NCBI GenBank assembly: GCA_046716905.1
Contig: JBKJWJ010000294.1
Coordinates: 1-24,102 of the forward strand
Reading direction: 5' to 3'
From: Gaiellaceae bacterium
Lineage (GTDB): Bacteria; Actinomycetota; Thermoleophilia; Gaiellales; Gaiellaceae
DNA length: 24,102 nucleotides
The translations under genes and the position numbers were made by a program. Numbering within the stretch: position 1 is the stretch's first letter; each line of letters begins with the position of its first letter. Below are positions 23,199 to 24,102 of this stretch, piece by piece. The notes beneath the pieces were generated by a model, which saw only the letters and a program-made list of their open reading frames with translations, made no database searches and had not been told where the DNA came from.

Positions 23199-24102
23199 GG
23201 ACAGCTACCGGGTCGGACACGAACGACCCCGCCTTCCAGACGAGCTCGCCGTCCGCGTACACCTCGCCCTCCTGCCGGAGGTCGCAGATCAGATCCCAGT
23301 GGAGGTCCGATTTGTTCTCGGTTCCGGCCTCGTTGAAGCCTCCGCCGAGGGCCACGTGCATCGTCCCGCCGATCTTCTCGTCGAACAGGATGTCGCGCGT
23401 GAACCGGTCGATCTCGTAGTTGAGGCCGAACGCGACCTCGCCGAGAACCTTCGCGCCGTCATCGGTGTCGAGCAGCGAGCGGAGGTACTCCTCGCCGGAG
23501 GTCGCCTCAGCGTGGACGACGCTGCCTCCCTCGAAGCGAAGGCGGACGTTCTCGACCTCCTGGCCCTGGAACACCGAAGGAAAGGCAAAGAAGATCTCGC
23601 CGCTCGTCCCGGTCTCGACGGGGCTCGTGAAGATCTCGCCGTCGGGCATGTTGTGCTTGCCGTCGGAGGGAATCCACTGCCGGCCCTCGACCACGACGCG
23701 CAGGTCCGTCTCCGGGCCGACGATGCGGATCTCACGGACACCGGCGAGCTCGCCGGCACGGGCGTTCATCGTCTCGGACATCGCCTGCCAGTGCGCGATC
23801 GGATCGTCGCCCTCCCGCGTGTGACAGGCGCCGTGCACGAAGTCCTCGTACTCCGCGAGGGACATCTCGGCGTCCTGCGCGTGGCCCTGGCTCGGGTAGA
23901 GCGTTCCGCACCAGGCGAGGTCGCCGGCGCTGATTCGCTCCCACCGCCGGTTGACCATCCGGTAGTGCGTCGAGAGCTGCAGCCGGCGACGCTCGGGATC
24001 GGCACGGGTGAGCGAGCGGGTGTTGACGGTCCCCCAGAGAGACGACCACGCATCGAGCCGCTCGGTTGCAATCTCCTCGAGCTCGGGGATATACGCGAGC
24101 TG
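23191..24102 (-). CDS. Aminopeptidase, peptidase family M29 (5' end outside the window)
   Basis: Frame is open to the window edge (QLAYIPELEE...NTRSLT...MVNRRW); NMPDGEIFTSP, GEVAFGLN, LFDEKIGGTMHVALG, SDLHWDLI. Confidence 0.93.
   Translation of the reverse strand, partial: QLAYIPELEEIATERLDAWSSLWGTVNTRSLTRADPERRRLQLSTHYRMVNRRWERISAGDLAWCGTLYPSQGHAQDAEMSLAEYEDFVHGACHTREGDDPIAHWQAMSETMNARAGELAGVREIRIVGPETDLRVVVEGRQWIPSDGKHNMPDGEIFTSPVETGTSGEIFFAFPSVFQGQEVENVRLRFEGGSVVHAEATSGEEYLRSLLDTDDGAKVLGEVAFGLNYEIDRFTRDILFDEKIGGTMHVALGGGFNEAGTENKSDLHWDLICDLRQEGEVYADGELVWKAGSFVSDPVAVRA

Noticed and set aside
1-24102. CRISPR arrays, tRNA/rRNA genes, IS elements, prophage or defence genes
   Set aside because: Intergenic gaps are all under 100 bp and accounted for; no spaced repeats, transposase/integrase motifs or structural RNA genes were seen.

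Overview
High-GC, gene-dense chromosomal window, most likely from an Actinomycetota member of Thermoleophilia (Gaiellales-like). That placement is inferred from the actinobacterial-type mIHF and RpoZ and the gene order. All 26 supported CDSs lie on the minus strand. In transcription order (right to left): two tandem M29 aminopeptidases (the first cut by the window edge), a YfcE-like metallophosphoesterase, a small TM+LysM protein under a promoter with two LexA boxes (YneA/ChiZ-like SOS division inhibitor), rnz, a DUF2007-like protein, a SAM methyltransferase with no canonical start codon, pyrR-pyrB-pyrC-carA-carB-pyrK-pyrD (PyrR-binding RNA over the pyrR SD; no pyrF), mihF-gmk-rpoZ-coaBC, a MoxR-DUF58-transglutaminase triad, a TPR protein, dtd, a delta-60-repeat lipoprotein, a structured rimP leader/terminator, rimP, and nusA (cut by the window edge). 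I see no mobile element, CRISPR array, tRNA or rRNA, and no clearly new multi-gene system. The most interesting signals are small-scale: a CCCH zinc-finger-like tail and acidic insertion in NusA, a three-helix switch in the rimP leader, a double-LexA promoter written into an upstream gene's last codons, a probable ACG start codon, and paired aminopeptidases that both lack the canonical active-site Tyr. All family assignments come from motif recognition; no database search was run.
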